NCBI GenBank assembly: GCA_036558265.1
Contig: DATBFY010000088.1
Coordinates: forward strand, 1-59,982
Length of the DNA: 59,982 nt
Direction: 5' to 3'
Source of the DNA: Tepidisphaeraceae bacterium
GTDB lineage: Bacteria; Planctomycetota; Phycisphaerae; Tepidisphaerales; Tepidisphaeraceae
Shown here: positions 16,001-24,817 of the stretch, piece by piece
Layout of the letters: every line of letters begins with the position of its first letter
Numbering within the stretch: position 1 is the first letter of the stretch
Translations under genes and position numbers: made by a program
The notes under the pieces: generated by a model
Told to the model about the DNA's origin: nothing
Seen by the model: only the letters and a program-made list of their open reading frames with translations
The model's database searches: none

Positions 16001-17389
16001 ATGGGCGCGACACGGCGAAAATCCAGGCGAGGCAAACCGGCCAAGCGCGAGCCATCGCGGGCGGTCGCGCTACACCCTCCGCGCCGCCGACGCCGGCTCA
16101 TCCCGCTGGCGCTCGCAGTGCTGCTGCTCGGCACGATCATGGCGGCCGTGGTCTACTGGCCCGGGCGCCATCAGGAACAGCCCGTGCTTTCGTCGCTTCG
16201 GCTCGGCGGCCTCGACCCGATGATCCGCTCGGCCGTGGAAGAGGCCCAGGATGCCGTGCGCGCGGCCCCCGAGTCGGGCGCGGCTTGGGGGAAGCTCGGG
16301 CAGATCCTCTACGTGCACGGCGTGGACGGTGCGGCGGCCGAGAGCTTTGCCCGGGCGAGTCAGCTCGCGCCGAATGAGGCCCGCTGGCCCTACCTGCGCG
16401 GGCGCGCCGTCAAGCGCGAGAATGGGGATGCCGCCCTGCCCTTCCTGACACGGGCCGCCGAGCTGTGCCGCGGTTCACCCGCCGCGCCGTCGCTCACGTT
16501 GGCGGAACTGCTGCTGGAGCGTGGGAACACCGCGCCTGCGCAGGTCGAGATCGACGCCGTGCTGGCGCGCGACCCGTCTGATCCGCGCGCGCTGCTCGAC
16601 CGGGCGCGACTGCACGTTGCGGCGGGGCGTTGGAAGCAGGCACAGGCGGACCTCGACGCGTCGATCGGGCGCGCGCCGGACGTGAAGGCCTCGCACATGC
16701 TGCTGGCGAGCGCCTACGGGCGCGCGGGGGACGCGGCCGCGGCCCGGCGCGAGCAGGAGCGGGCACGCACGCTTCCCGAGGATCCACACTGGCCCGACCC
16801 GTTCGTCGAGGAGCTTTCGGCGCTGGCCATCGGGCGGTCCGCGGTCCTTCAGCGCGCCCGGTTCCTGCTCAACCAGGGTCACACGCCACAGGCCATCCTG
16901 ATGTTGGAGGCGGTAGCGGCACAGTATCCGCAAGACGCCCAGGTCTGGGTCGCGCTGGGCAAAGCCTATGAGCGCGACGGGCAGGGCTCGAGAGCGGAGT
17001 CGGCCTTTCGCCGCGCGACGGCCGAGCGAGCCGACGCCTCGGAAGCGTACCTGCGGCTGGGGATGTTGCTGTGCGACCAGCAGCGGTTCGGGGATGCGAT
17101 GACGCCGCTGCGGCAGGCCGCGCGGCTCGATCCAAATCTGCCGGAGACCCATTACCGGTTGGGCCTGTGCCTCCTGAAGCTTGGCGACCGCTCGGGCGCG
17201 ATTGCGGCGCTGCAGGACGCCGTGCGCGTCGAGCCGAGCTTTCGCGAGGGATACGTCGCGCTGGGCCGCGCGTTGAATGACGGCGGGCGCAGCGCGGAGG
17301 CGGCCGTGCAGCTTCGACGAGCGCTGGAGCTTGAGCCCAATGATGCCCCGACCGCGGCGCTGCTCAAGCAACTCGAATCGCCTCGTTAA
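16001..17389 (+). CDS. TPR-repeat protein with N-terminal membrane anchor
   Basis: ATG one nt after the upstream stop. Basic N-terminus plus TM 'LIPLALAVLLLGTIMAAVVYW'. Repeated TPR units ('AESAFRRATAERADASEAYLRLGMLL', 'AMTPLRQAARLDPNLPETHYRLGLCL', 'AIAALQDAVRVEPSFREGYVALGRAL'). Confidence 0.85.
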   Translation: MGATRRKSRRGKPAKREPSRAVALHPPRRRRRLIPLALAVLLLGTIMAAVVYWPGRHQEQPVLSSLRLGGLDPMIRSAVEEAQDAVRAAPESGAAWGKLGQILYVHGVDGAAAESFARASQLAPNEARWPYLRGRAVKRENGDAALPFLTRAAELCRGSPAAPSLTLAELLLERGNTAPAQVEIDAVLARDPSDPRALLDRARLHVAAGRWKQAQADLDASIGRAPDVKASHMLLASAYGRAGDAAAARREQERARTLPEDPHWPDPFVEELSALAIGRSAVLQRARFLLNQGHTPQAILMLEAVAAQYPQDAQVWVALGKAYERDGQGSRAESAFRRATAERADASEAYLRLGMLLCDQQRFGDAMTPLRQAARLDPNLPETHYRLGLCLLKLGDRSGAIAALQDAVRVEPSFREGYVALGRALNDGGRSAEAAVQLRRALELEPNDAPTAALLKQLESPR

Positions 17390-17395
17390 CATCGC

Positions 17396-18628
17396 TCAAA
17401 GGACCCGCCCGCGCGACACGATGTATCGCGGCTTGGGCCTCAGGCGGATCGCCTCGAAGCGGTTGGGCACGTCCAGGACGACCAGGTTGGCCTCGCGCCC
17501 GACCTCGATGCCGTAGCCGTCGCCCAGGTTGAGAGTGGCCGCGCCCTTCCAGGTGACCATGTCATAGCAGGCGTCGATCTCGTCTTTGCCCATCATCTGG
17601 CAGACGTGTGCGGCCATGTGCGCGGCGTCGAGCATGTTGCCCGTGCCCAGGGCGTACCACGGGTCCATGATGCAGTCGTAACCCAGGCTCACGTTGAGGC
17701 CGGCCTGCCAGAGTTCCTTGACGCGGGTCAGGCCGCGGCGCTTGGGGTAGGTGTCGGCGCGGCCCTGGAGGACGATGTTGATCAGCGGGTTGGTGACGAA
17801 GTTGATCTTCGCCCTTTTGAGGAAGCCCATTAACTTGTTCGCATAGGCGTTCTCGTAGGAGCCGAACGCGGTCGTGTGGCTGGCGGTCACGCGCGGGCCG
17901 TTGCCGTGCCGGATCGCGCAAGCGGCCATGACCTCCAGGAAGCGCGATTGCGGGTCGTCCACCTCGTCGCAGTGGACGTCGATCAGTTTGTCGTAGCGGT
18001 TGGCGAGCTCGAAGACCTTATGCACGGAGTTCACGCCGTCCTCGCGCGTCAGCTCGTAATGGGGGATGCCGCCGACAGCATCGGCCCCCATCCGCAGGGC
18101 CTCTTCCATCCGGTCGAGCTGGTCGGGACTGCCGTACAGGCCATCCTGGGGGAAGGCGACGACCTGGAGGGTCATCCACTCCTTGACCTCGTCCCGGAGT
18201 TCGAGGAGGGCGCGGAGGGCGACCAGCTTTTTCTCCGAGACGTCGGCGTGCGTTCGGACGAAGAGCACCCCCTGCTCGGCCTGGAGGCGCAGCGTTCGCA
18301 GGGCCCGCTCCTTGACGTCCTTGACCGTCAGACGTTGCTTGAGGTTGCGCCAGATCTCGATGCCTTCGAAGAGGGTGCCGCTCTGGTTGAGGCAGCGGCC
18401 GCCATCGATCAGGGCAGAGTCGAGGTGGACGTGGGATTCGACAAAGGGCGGGCTGACGAGCATGCCGGCGGCATCGATAACCCGCGTCCTTCGCGGCGGC
18501 GTGAGGGAGCGGCCGATCTTCTGGATACGTCCGGCGGAGATAAGCAGGTCGGCGCGATGTTGGCGGCCACTGCGGGAGGAGAGCAGGGTACCGCCACGGA
18601 TGAGCAATGGAGCGGATGTGTTCGCCAT
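17396..18628 (-). CDS. codA: cytosine deaminase-like amidohydrolase
   Basis: 'SPPFVESHVHLDSAL', 'IDVHCDEVDDPQSRF', 'VTASHTTA', 'VSLGYDCIMDPWY' resemble CodA metal/substrate motifs. ATG at complement 18626-18628 is preferred to the GTG at 18658, which abuts the upstream stop. Confidence 0.85.
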   Translation of the reverse strand: MANTSAPLLIRGGTLLSSRSGRQHRADLLISAGRIQKIGRSLTPPRRTRVIDAAGMLVSPPFVESHVHLDSALIDGGRCLNQSGTLFEGIEIWRNLKQRLTVKDVKERALRTLRLQAEQGVLFVRTHADVSEKKLVALRALLELRDEVKEWMTLQVVAFPQDGLYGSPDQLDRMEEALRMGADAVGGIPHYELTREDGVNSVHKVFELANRYDKLIDVHCDEVDDPQSRFLEVMAACAIRHGNGPRVTASHTTAFGSYENAYANKLMGFLKRAKINFVTNPLINIVLQGRADTYPKRRGLTRVKELWQAGLNVSLGYDCIMDPWYALGTGNMLDAAHMAAHVCQMMGKDEIDACYDMVTWKGAATLNLGDGYGIEVGREANLVVLDVPNRFEAIRLRPKPRYIVSRGRVL

Positions 18629-18658
18629 GAAGCCGGAAAGGGCGGCAGAGGCGTGCAC

Positions 18659-20260
18659 TTATTCTGTTCCCGTTGCCCAGGCCATGAAGTCCTTGATGTC
18701 CTTGTTGAGCTTCTCCTGGGACGCGTGCGGATGGTACATCATGTGCCCGCCCTCGTAGTACGTCTGCCGGATGTTCTTGCGCAGGCTCGACGAGACGCCC
18801 AGGTGGCTGACCTGGTAATCCGTGGCGAAGAACGGGGTCGCCAGGTCGTAGTAGCCGCTGCAGACCAGCACCTTGAGCGTCGGGTGCTTGCTCACCGCGT
18901 CGCGGAGGTTGTCGCCGACATAGAGCCATCCACCGTTGCCGCCCCGGCCCCAATTCCAGGGTTGCACGCGGCCGGAGAGAAACTCGTACTGCACGTCCGA
19001 CTCGAACTTTAGCGTCCGCCGGATGTAGTCGTTAAAGGTCCCGCTGTAGACGCCCACGTAAAGCGAGAGGCTGGGGTCGTAGTCCTGGTAGCTGGCGATC
19101 GGATTGGTCGCCTGCCCGGCGACGCGGCCGTCGAAGCGGCCGATCACCTTGTCGTCGTCCTCGAGCAGCCGTTTCTCGAATACGCTGGGCGAGATGCGAA
19201 GCCTCGATTGCTCGACGATCTTTTCCGAAAGCCCCGTGTACCGCACAAGCGAGGTGGCCAGCGACTTCCGCTCGTCGGCTGAAAGCTGATCGCCACGCAA
19301 CAGCGCGGGCGCATACACCTCGGTCGTCCACTTCTTCGCCTCGTCCAGGGTCTTGGCGAGGTTCGATTGCAGGTCCTGCGGCAGCTTTTTGTGGTAGAAC
19401 GCGCAGGCCGTGTACGACGGGAGGTAAAGCGCGTATGGCAGGTCGTTGGCGTCGTTGGGGGAGAGGGTCTGGAAGCTCAGCACGGTCGAGATCAGGATTA
19501 CGCCGTTGAGCGCGATCCCCTGGCGATCGAGCAGGTGCTCGGATAAGAGCGCGGCGCGAGTCGTGCCGTACGACTCGCCCGCCACGAACTTGGGCGACGC
19601 CCAGCGCTGGCCCTTCACCAGGTACAGGCGGATGAATTCGGAGACCGAGTCGATGTCCTGCTGGACGCCGTAGAACTCCTCTCCCTTGACCCCCTCGGCC
19701 GGGCGGCTGTATCCCGTGCCCACGGGGTCGATGAAGACCAGGTCCGTCTGCACCAGCCACGTCGAGGGATTGTCGATCAGGCGATACGGCGGGTTGCCCG
19801 GCAGCCCGTCGGCGGCGAGCTCGACCCGCTTGGGGCCGGCCGTGCCCAGGTGAAGCCAGATGGCCGCCGCGCCCGGCCCGCCGTTGAACACGAACGTGAT
19901 CGGCCGCTTCTCGACGGCGATGTCGTCGCCGGTCTTCTCGTAGGCGACGTAGAAGAAGTTCGCCCGCGCCTTGCCGGCCTCGTCCTTGAGCGGCATGGTG
20001 CCGGCGGTGGCGCGGTACTTGAGGGTCTGGTCGTCACCAATCTTCAGCTCGTGCTCGGTGACCGAAAGCTTCTCGGCGACGGGCTGGGTCTGGGGCTTGG
20101 CCTTCTCACCGTCGCGGCCTTGCTGCTGAGTGGCCGCGGGTGCGATGGCGGCGGCGGCCGCGCGGCGCGGACCGGCCCGCTCGGGCCTTTCCTGCGAACG
20201 GGTGAGTGGGGAGAATCCGACCAGCACCACGATGAGGACGAAGGCGATTCGATTGAACAT
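18659..20260 (-). CDS. serine carboxypeptidase, peptidase family S10, secreted
   Basis: Start at MFNRIAFVLIVVLVGF (signal-like). 'FVFNGGPGAAAIW', 'LVFIDPVGTGYS', catalytic 'FVAGESYGT'. C-terminal 'YEGGHMMY'. Confidence 0.88.
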   Translation of the reverse strand: MFNRIAFVLIVVLVGFSPLTRSQERPERAGPRRAAAAAIAPAATQQQGRDGEKAKPQTQPVAEKLSVTEHELKIGDDQTLKYRATAGTMPLKDEAGKARANFFYVAYEKTGDDIAVEKRPITFVFNGGPGAAAIWLHLGTAGPKRVELAADGLPGNPPYRLIDNPSTWLVQTDLVFIDPVGTGYSRPAEGVKGEEFYGVQQDIDSVSEFIRLYLVKGQRWASPKFVAGESYGTTRAALLSEHLLDRQGIALNGVILISTVLSFQTLSPNDANDLPYALYLPSYTACAFYHKKLPQDLQSNLAKTLDEAKKWTTEVYAPALLRGDQLSADERKSLATSLVRYTGLSEKIVEQSRLRISPSVFEKRLLEDDDKVIGRFDGRVAGQATNPIASYQDYDPSLSLYVGVYSGTFNDYIRRTLKFESDVQYEFLSGRVQPWNWGRGGNGGWLYVGDNLRDAVSKHPTLKVLVCSGYYDLATPFFATDYQVSHLGVSSSLRKNIRQTYYEGGHMMYHPHASQEKLNKDIKDFMAWATGTE

Positions 20261-20324
20261 GGCCAGAGACTTTACCCGCAACGCCCGCCGAACGGTATGG
20301 CCGTTGCATTGAGGTGATCCCGCG

Positions 20325-21188
20325 ATGCGAACCGCCAGCCGGAACGATCACTCGGTCGCATTCACGCACACCGATAAGGTGATGTTCCCGCAGGAAGGCT
20401 ATACCAAGGGCGACCTGCTGGCTTATTACCGCGCCGTCGCCGACAAGCTGATCCCGCACCTCAAAGACCGCCCGCTGACGCTCGAGCGCCTGCCCGAAGG
20501 CGTCGGCGCGGAGGCCCCCCATTTCTGGCAGAAGAACTCGCCAGCCTACTACCCTGCCTGGATCCACCGCGCAAAGCTTCGCGACCAATCCGGCAAAGAG
20601 GTGAACTACGCGCTGGTGAACGATCTGGACGCGCTCTTGTACCTGGTGAACCAGGGCACGGTCACGTTCCACGTGTGGTTGTCGCGGGTCGGATCGCTCG
20701 ATCGGCCGGATTACGTGCTGTTTGACCTGGATCCGGGCGAGCGTCCGTTCGCCGATGCGGTGAAGGTCGCCAAGGCCGTGCGCGACTTGCTGGACGAGCG
20801 GGGCTTGGCGGCGTTCGCGAAGACCTCGGGCAAGACCGGCATCCACGTGCTCGCGCCCTGGACGAATAAAGGAGATTACGACGCCGCGCGAGCGTGGGCC
20901 TTAGAGCTGGCCGGCGAGGTCGTCGATCGCCTCCCGGAAATCGCCACGCTTGAACGCCGGATCAAGGATCGAGGCGGGCGGCTCTACCTTGACGTGGTGC
21001 AGAACGCCCGCGGCCACCACGTCGTGCCGCCCTACGTGGCGCGTGCGGTTCCCGGCGCCACCATTTCGACGCCATTGGAATGGCGCGAGCTCAACGCGCG
21101 CTTGAACCCGCGGCGATTCGATCTGAAATCGGCCGTGAAGCGATTCAAGAGCAAGGGGGATCTGATGGCGCGTCTTGCGGCGGGGTGA
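20325..21188 (+). CDS. stand-alone LigD polymerase/primase domain protein (NHEJ PolDom)
   Basis: 'THTDKVMFPQEGYTKGDLLAYY', 'DRPLTLERLPEG', 'YVLFDLDP', 'AFAKTSGKTGIHVLAPW', 'GRLYLDVVQNARGHHVVPPY'. No ligase or phosphoesterase domain is fused. Confidence 0.85.
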   Translation: MRTASRNDHSVAFTHTDKVMFPQEGYTKGDLLAYYRAVADKLIPHLKDRPLTLERLPEGVGAEAPHFWQKNSPAYYPAWIHRAKLRDQSGKEVNYALVNDLDALLYLVNQGTVTFHVWLSRVGSLDRPDYVLFDLDPGERPFADAVKVAKAVRDLLDERGLAAFAKTSGKTGIHVLAPWTNKGDYDAARAWALELAGEVVDRLPEIATLERRIKDRGGRLYLDVVQNARGHHVVPPYVARAVPGATISTPLEWRELNARLNPRRFDLKSAVKRFKSKGDLMARLAAG

Positions 21189-21740
21189 AGGGGGCGCGCG
21201 GCGACACCGCCGTGCCGCACTCTGGGCAGCGGTTGGGCGTGGCGCGGAGATCGTAGCCGCAATTGGGGCACGCATACGCAGTAGTTGATCCGCGCGCGAA
21301 GAGACGGGGCAGGAGGAAGAGGGCCCAAACTCCGGCCAAAAGGACGGCGAACGGAATGGTGAGTGACCGGTCGCGCAGGACCCCTGGAGGATTGCGCATC
21401 GGCGAAGTCTGCCATGTTCTCCTGAAATAGAATTGGCCCAACCAGGGCGGATGCTGCGAATAGGGCCTGTGATACGGTTCGGCCGAAATCTGCCAGGATG
21501 CAGGGTGGTCCGCTGGCGGCATCGCGATTTGCGTCGTGATGCCGACCCATCTAACGGTCAGGGTACCCATTCGGCCGAGACGTTCCAATAGGACCGTGGC
21601 CCGACTGAGCGGAATGCGGAGTGCCACCCGGCCGCGCAGAGCGCGAAGTAGCTGCAAAGCCACAGCGCGGCAACGCAGACGGTTGACGCGGCGGTCAGGA
21701 TACGGCAGACGCGTCGCCATTTGCCTGAGTTCACGCGCAT
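21145..21740 (-). pseudogene. 2-TM zinc-ribbon membrane protein, paralog 1, with an apparent 1-nt frame break
   Basis: The N-terminal part (ATG complement 21738-21740, 'MRVNSGKWRRVCRILTAASTVCVAALWLCSYF...YWNVSAEW') stops at 21558. The continuation 'GTLTVRWVG...LTIPFAVLLAGVWALFLL...CPNCGYDLRATPNRCPECG' is in another frame (track ORF 21145..21720). The paralog reads '[12 protein letters not shown]' across the same point. One extra G in the minus-strand TGGGT at 21565-21569 would restore a ~198-aa protein. This could also be a sequencing error. Confidence 0.6.
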
Positions 21741-21756
21741 GTGGCTTTGGTCGCGG

Positions 21757-22338
21757 TCAGGGTTCGAATTCGGCCGGCCGATCGCTTGGCCGAGGCGGTA
21801 CGGGCGTGCCGCACTCGGGGCAGCGGTCGTGGCCGGCGCGCAGGTCGTAGCCGCAGGTGGGACACAGCCCACGGCCACGGCGCGCTCGCGCGAGCCTGCG
21901 CGACAGCGATCGGCGCGCCAGTTGTGGACTGAGGCACACTGCTACAATCACCCAGAATGGGCAGGTGAATGACCATTCGGTGCTGGTCACCCTTCCGCCG
22001 CGAAGCACGTCGCGGCGATGCGTGTACCCGAAACCAAAGATCCCCAGCACGGGACGTTTCTGGTTCGAAACCGTGGCGGTCCGGTCGAATCGCCAGCGGG
22101 TGGGCACCAGTTGGTAGCCGGACTCGAACGTCTGGAAACGATGCCGCCAGACGGTCAGGGTTCCCCAATGGACGGTCAGGTCCATGCGCGAGAAGCTGCC
22201 TTGCGTCATGTACGCGGGGTGGTATTCGAGCGTCGCGCGCGCGAAATAGCTCAAGCCCCACGCTGCGAGCGCGAGCATCCCGACGGGGAGGAGCGCCGTG
22301 CCGAGAAGCGTTACGAGTACATCTGCTGATGCGCGCAT
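21757..22338 (-). CDS. 2-TM membrane protein with C-terminal CxxC..CxxC zinc ribbon, paralog 2
   Basis: ATG at complement 22336-22338. TM1 '[26 protein letters not shown]', a ~90-aa loop, TM2 '[15 protein letters not shown]', an Arg-rich linker, then '[19 protein letters not shown]'. The rest of track ORF 21757..22851 is a low-complexity extension and was rejected. Confidence 0.75.
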   Translation of the reverse strand: MRASADVLVTLLGTALLPVGMLALAAWGLSYFARATLEYHPAYMTQGSFSRMDLTVHWGTLTVWRHRFQTFESGYQLVPTRWRFDRTATVSNQKRPVLGIFGFGYTHRRDVLRGGRVTSTEWSFTCPFWVIVAVCLSPQLARRSLSRRLARARRGRGLCPTCGYDLRAGHDRCPECGTPVPPRPSDRPAEFEP

Positions 22339-22427
22339 TGGCCGCCCTTGACGTCGCGGAGCCTGGCGACCTTCTGTTTGTCGATGGCTCGGCGGACGAG
22401 GGATTCGACATTGCGGTCGGCGGGCAT
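22311..22427 (-). CDS. candidate small ORF (38 codons), unverified
   Basis: [38 protein letters not shown]. By my count 31 of 37 third positions are G/C, as in real genes here. Composition is Lys-containing and amphipathic. There is no obvious SD. It overlaps the start of 21757..22338 in another frame. Confidence 0.3.
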   Translation of the reverse strand: MPADRNVESLVRRAIDKQKVARLRDVKGGQCAHQQMYS

Positions 22428-22450
22428 GGTCGTTTAAGCGGGCGGGTGGG

Positions 22451-23206
22451 TCACTTGCCGCGGCGCTTGGGCTTGTCGTCGAGGGTGATCTCGCCGGCGG
22501 CGGAGTCTTCGAGGGTGTCGATGCCGCTGCCGCCCAGGTGATCTTCCTCGTCGTCGTGGCCGCCGCCGCCGTTGCGGAGGTTCTCGCCGATCTCGGCGTC
22601 GAGGTCGAGGCCGGGGCCACCGGTATCCTCGGAGAGGACTTCCAGGTCGTCGTCCTCGACGTCGTTGTTACCGCGGTGCGACTTGCCTCCGCCAGCATCG
22701 TCGTCGAGCCCGACAGGCCCGGCATGGTTGTCGATCGTTTCGAGCCCGTCATCGGCTTCGAGTTCGCCGGCCTCCAGGTCGTCGGCGCCCAGGTGGCTGG
22801 TGGGTGCGGCGTCGAGCTCGTCGTCGTCGAGCGTCTGGAGCTCGTCCTCATCGGCCGCGCCGGCGCCCGCGCGGGAGTTCCGGGTGTTCGGGCGGATGTC
22901 GTCGTCGCCGGGCACGCCGTCGATCTGCATGACGAACATGACCGGTCCGACCTGGACCGTATCGCCTGGCTCGAGGACGGCCTCCTGGACGCGGCGGCCG
23001 TTGACGAAGGTGCCGTTGGAGGAGCCGAGGTCCTCGATGCGGAGCGAGTCGGCGTCGCGGATGATGCGGCAGTGTTTGCGGGAGATCTCGCCCAGCGGGA
23101 TCATGAGGTCGCAGTCCTGTCGTCGGCCGATGACCGTCATGTCGCGGGAAATGGAGAAGCTTCGCCGCTCCCCGTCATTTCTAAACATTACCAGGACCGC
23201 TTGCAT
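22451..23206 (-). CDS. FHA-domain protein with long acidic disordered tail
   Basis: Start at [15 protein letters not shown] signature '[26 protein letters not shown]...[14 protein letters not shown]'. The C-terminal ~150 aa are Asp/Glu/Gly-rich and end in 'KPKRRGK'. Confidence 0.88.
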   Translation of the reverse strand: MQAVLVMFRNDGERRSFSISRDMTVIGRRQDCDLMIPLGEISRKHCRIIRDADSLRIEDLGSSNGTFVNGRRVQEAVLEPGDTVQVGPVMFVMQIDGVPGDDDIRPNTRNSRAGAGAADEDELQTLDDDELDAAPTSHLGADDLEAGELEADDGLETIDNHAGPVGLDDDAGGGKSHRGNNDVEDDDLEVLSEDTGGPGLDLDAEIGENLRNGGGGHDDEEDHLGGSGIDTLEDSAAGEITLDDKPKRRGK

Positions 23207-23384
23207 GGGATCGCCTCGCGAAGATGGGTGTGCGTCATGGTGGGGGCCAGCCCTCAGTGCCCTGTTGCCGCCCGACGCGCGCTGGGCCGCGAACACTACA
23301 AACATTAAAGTAGCTTTGCAAGAAACTTTGGGCAAGAACAAAACGTAAGCGCCACAGGGGCTTAAGTCGTTGGGGCACCGAGGC

Positions 23385-24590
23385 ATGGAGTTGTTACAGG
23401 CACGATCCGGAGCGGTGTTGGATTCCACGGCCGTTCCCGACGCGGAGGCGCCGGGTTTGTACGTCCACGTGCCGTTCTGCTTCCACAAGTGTCACTACTG
23501 CGACTTTTACAGCATCACGCGACAGACGGCGGAGCGCATGGCCCGGTTTGTCGACCTGATGCTTTCGGAGGCCGATCAATGGGCGGGCCGGCATTCGCGC
23601 GTGCGCGTGCGGCCGCGGACGGTCTTTTTCGGCGGCGGGACGCCGTCGCTCCTGCCACTGGAGGAGATGAGGAGGCTTTTGGCAGGGCTGCGCGAACGGT
23701 TCGATTTTGCCGATTTGAACGAATGGACGGTCGAGGTTAATCCCGCGACCGCCGAACTCAACTATTGCCAGATGCTGCGCGAGATTGGTGTGGATCGGCT
23801 GAGCTTTGGCGCGCAGAGCTTCGACCGGGCGGAATTGAAGGTCCTCGAGCGTCACCACGACCCGGAGGACGTACCGCGGAGCGTGGAAATCGCGAGGCGG
23901 GCTGGTTTTTCGCGCATTAACGTGGATCTCATCTACGCGATACCCGGTCAGACCCTCGCCGGGTGGTCACGGACTTTGGACGCCGCGATCGCCCTCGGGA
24001 CGCCGCACGTTTCCTGTTATGGCCTGACATACGAACCGAACACGGCGATGACGGTCCGCAAACGGTTAGGTCACTTTCAGGCGGTGGAGGAATCGGTCGA
24101 ACTGGAGATGCTGCGATACGCCCGCGGCCGACTGGCCGACCGGGGACTGGCGGCGTACGAGATCAGCAACTACGCCGCGCCGGGCGAGGCGTGCCGGCAC
24201 AACCTGCTTTATTGGACGGGGGGGAATTATATCGGACTGGGGCCGTCGGCGGCATCGCACGTGGAGGGATGGCGATGGAAGAATCGCCCGCACCTGGGGG
24301 AGTGGGAGGCCGCCGTCGCAGCGGGTCAGCTTCCGGCGGCGGATCTGGAGCGGCTATCGCGCGACCAGCGGCGCGGGGAGTGGGTCATGCTGCGGCTGCG
24401 GCTGGCCGAGGGGATCGGATTTGACGATTATGCCGCGCGGTGGGGGGGTGACGCGCGTGCGGACTATGGGGGCGAGTTGGCGCATCTCGAAAAATTGGGA
24501 CTGCTGACGATCGACGACGCGCGGTTCGCGTTATCGGATGCCGGGCTGGCGGTCGCGGATGCGATCGCGGCGGAATTCCTGCGCGCCTAA
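23385..24590 (+). CDS. hemW: radical SAM heme chaperone HemW / HemN-like
   Basis: 'LYVHVPFCFHKCHYCDF' (CxxxCxxC), 'VFFGGGTPS', 'EVNP', 'NRLSFGAQSF', 'NVDLIYAIPGQT', 'YEISNYA'. ATG at 23385; the track start at 23370 is a TTG. Confidence 0.9.
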   Translation: MELLQARSGAVLDSTAVPDAEAPGLYVHVPFCFHKCHYCDFYSITRQTAERMARFVDLMLSEADQWAGRHSRVRVRPRTVFFGGGTPSLLPLEEMRRLLAGLRERFDFADLNEWTVEVNPATAELNYCQMLREIGVDRLSFGAQSFDRAELKVLERHHDPEDVPRSVEIARRAGFSRINVDLIYAIPGQTLAGWSRTLDAAIALGTPHVSCYGLTYEPNTAMTVRKRLGHFQAVEESVELEMLRYARGRLADRGLAAYEISNYAAPGEACRHNLLYWTGGNYIGLGPSAASHVEGWRWKNRPHLGEWEAAVAAGQLPAADLERLSRDQRRGEWVMLRLRLAEGIGFDDYAARWGGDARADYGGELAHLEKLGLLTIDDARFALSDAGLAVADAIAAEFLRA

Positions 24591-24817
24591 GCGCAGCGCG
24601 TCACGTCTGATAGCGCGCGGCGCGTGTCCTAAACGTGTCCGGCGTCGCCGTCGATAAACCCAGCAGGAGTCGGTCGGACGACGCGATCCCGCATGGCCCA
24701 TCGTGGACGTCCCCCCTTACCCGGTTTGACCGTCCTGTACGCGTATCGTAGGTCAAGACCGGACGCGCGTCGCGAAGCGCCATCGCGTACGCGGAGCCAC
24801 GGGAGCGGAGAGAGACT

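Noticed and set aside
14056-16140. 694-aa ORF on the minus strand
   Set aside because: It is antisense to the motif-rich CRTAC1/FG-GAP gene. The product is Arg/Gly/Ala/Pro/Val-rich with no recognisable motif. This is the typical shadow ORF of a high-GC gene.
21757-21790. tRNA T-arm-like GGTTCGAATTC string
   Set aside because: It lies inside the 3' end of a CDS ('PAEFEP*'). No acceptor, D or anticodon arms can be drawn around it.
22339-22851. Long N-terminal extension of the zinc-ribbon ORF (track ORF 21757..22851)
   Set aside because: The extension is Ser/Thr/Pro/Ala low complexity and overlaps the FHA gene tail in another frame. The paralog supports the short form starting at 22338.
24726-24754. 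TTGACC-N17-TAGGTC as the pilM promoter
   Set aside because: The -10 hexamer is poor and nothing corroborates it. I left it out of the feature list.
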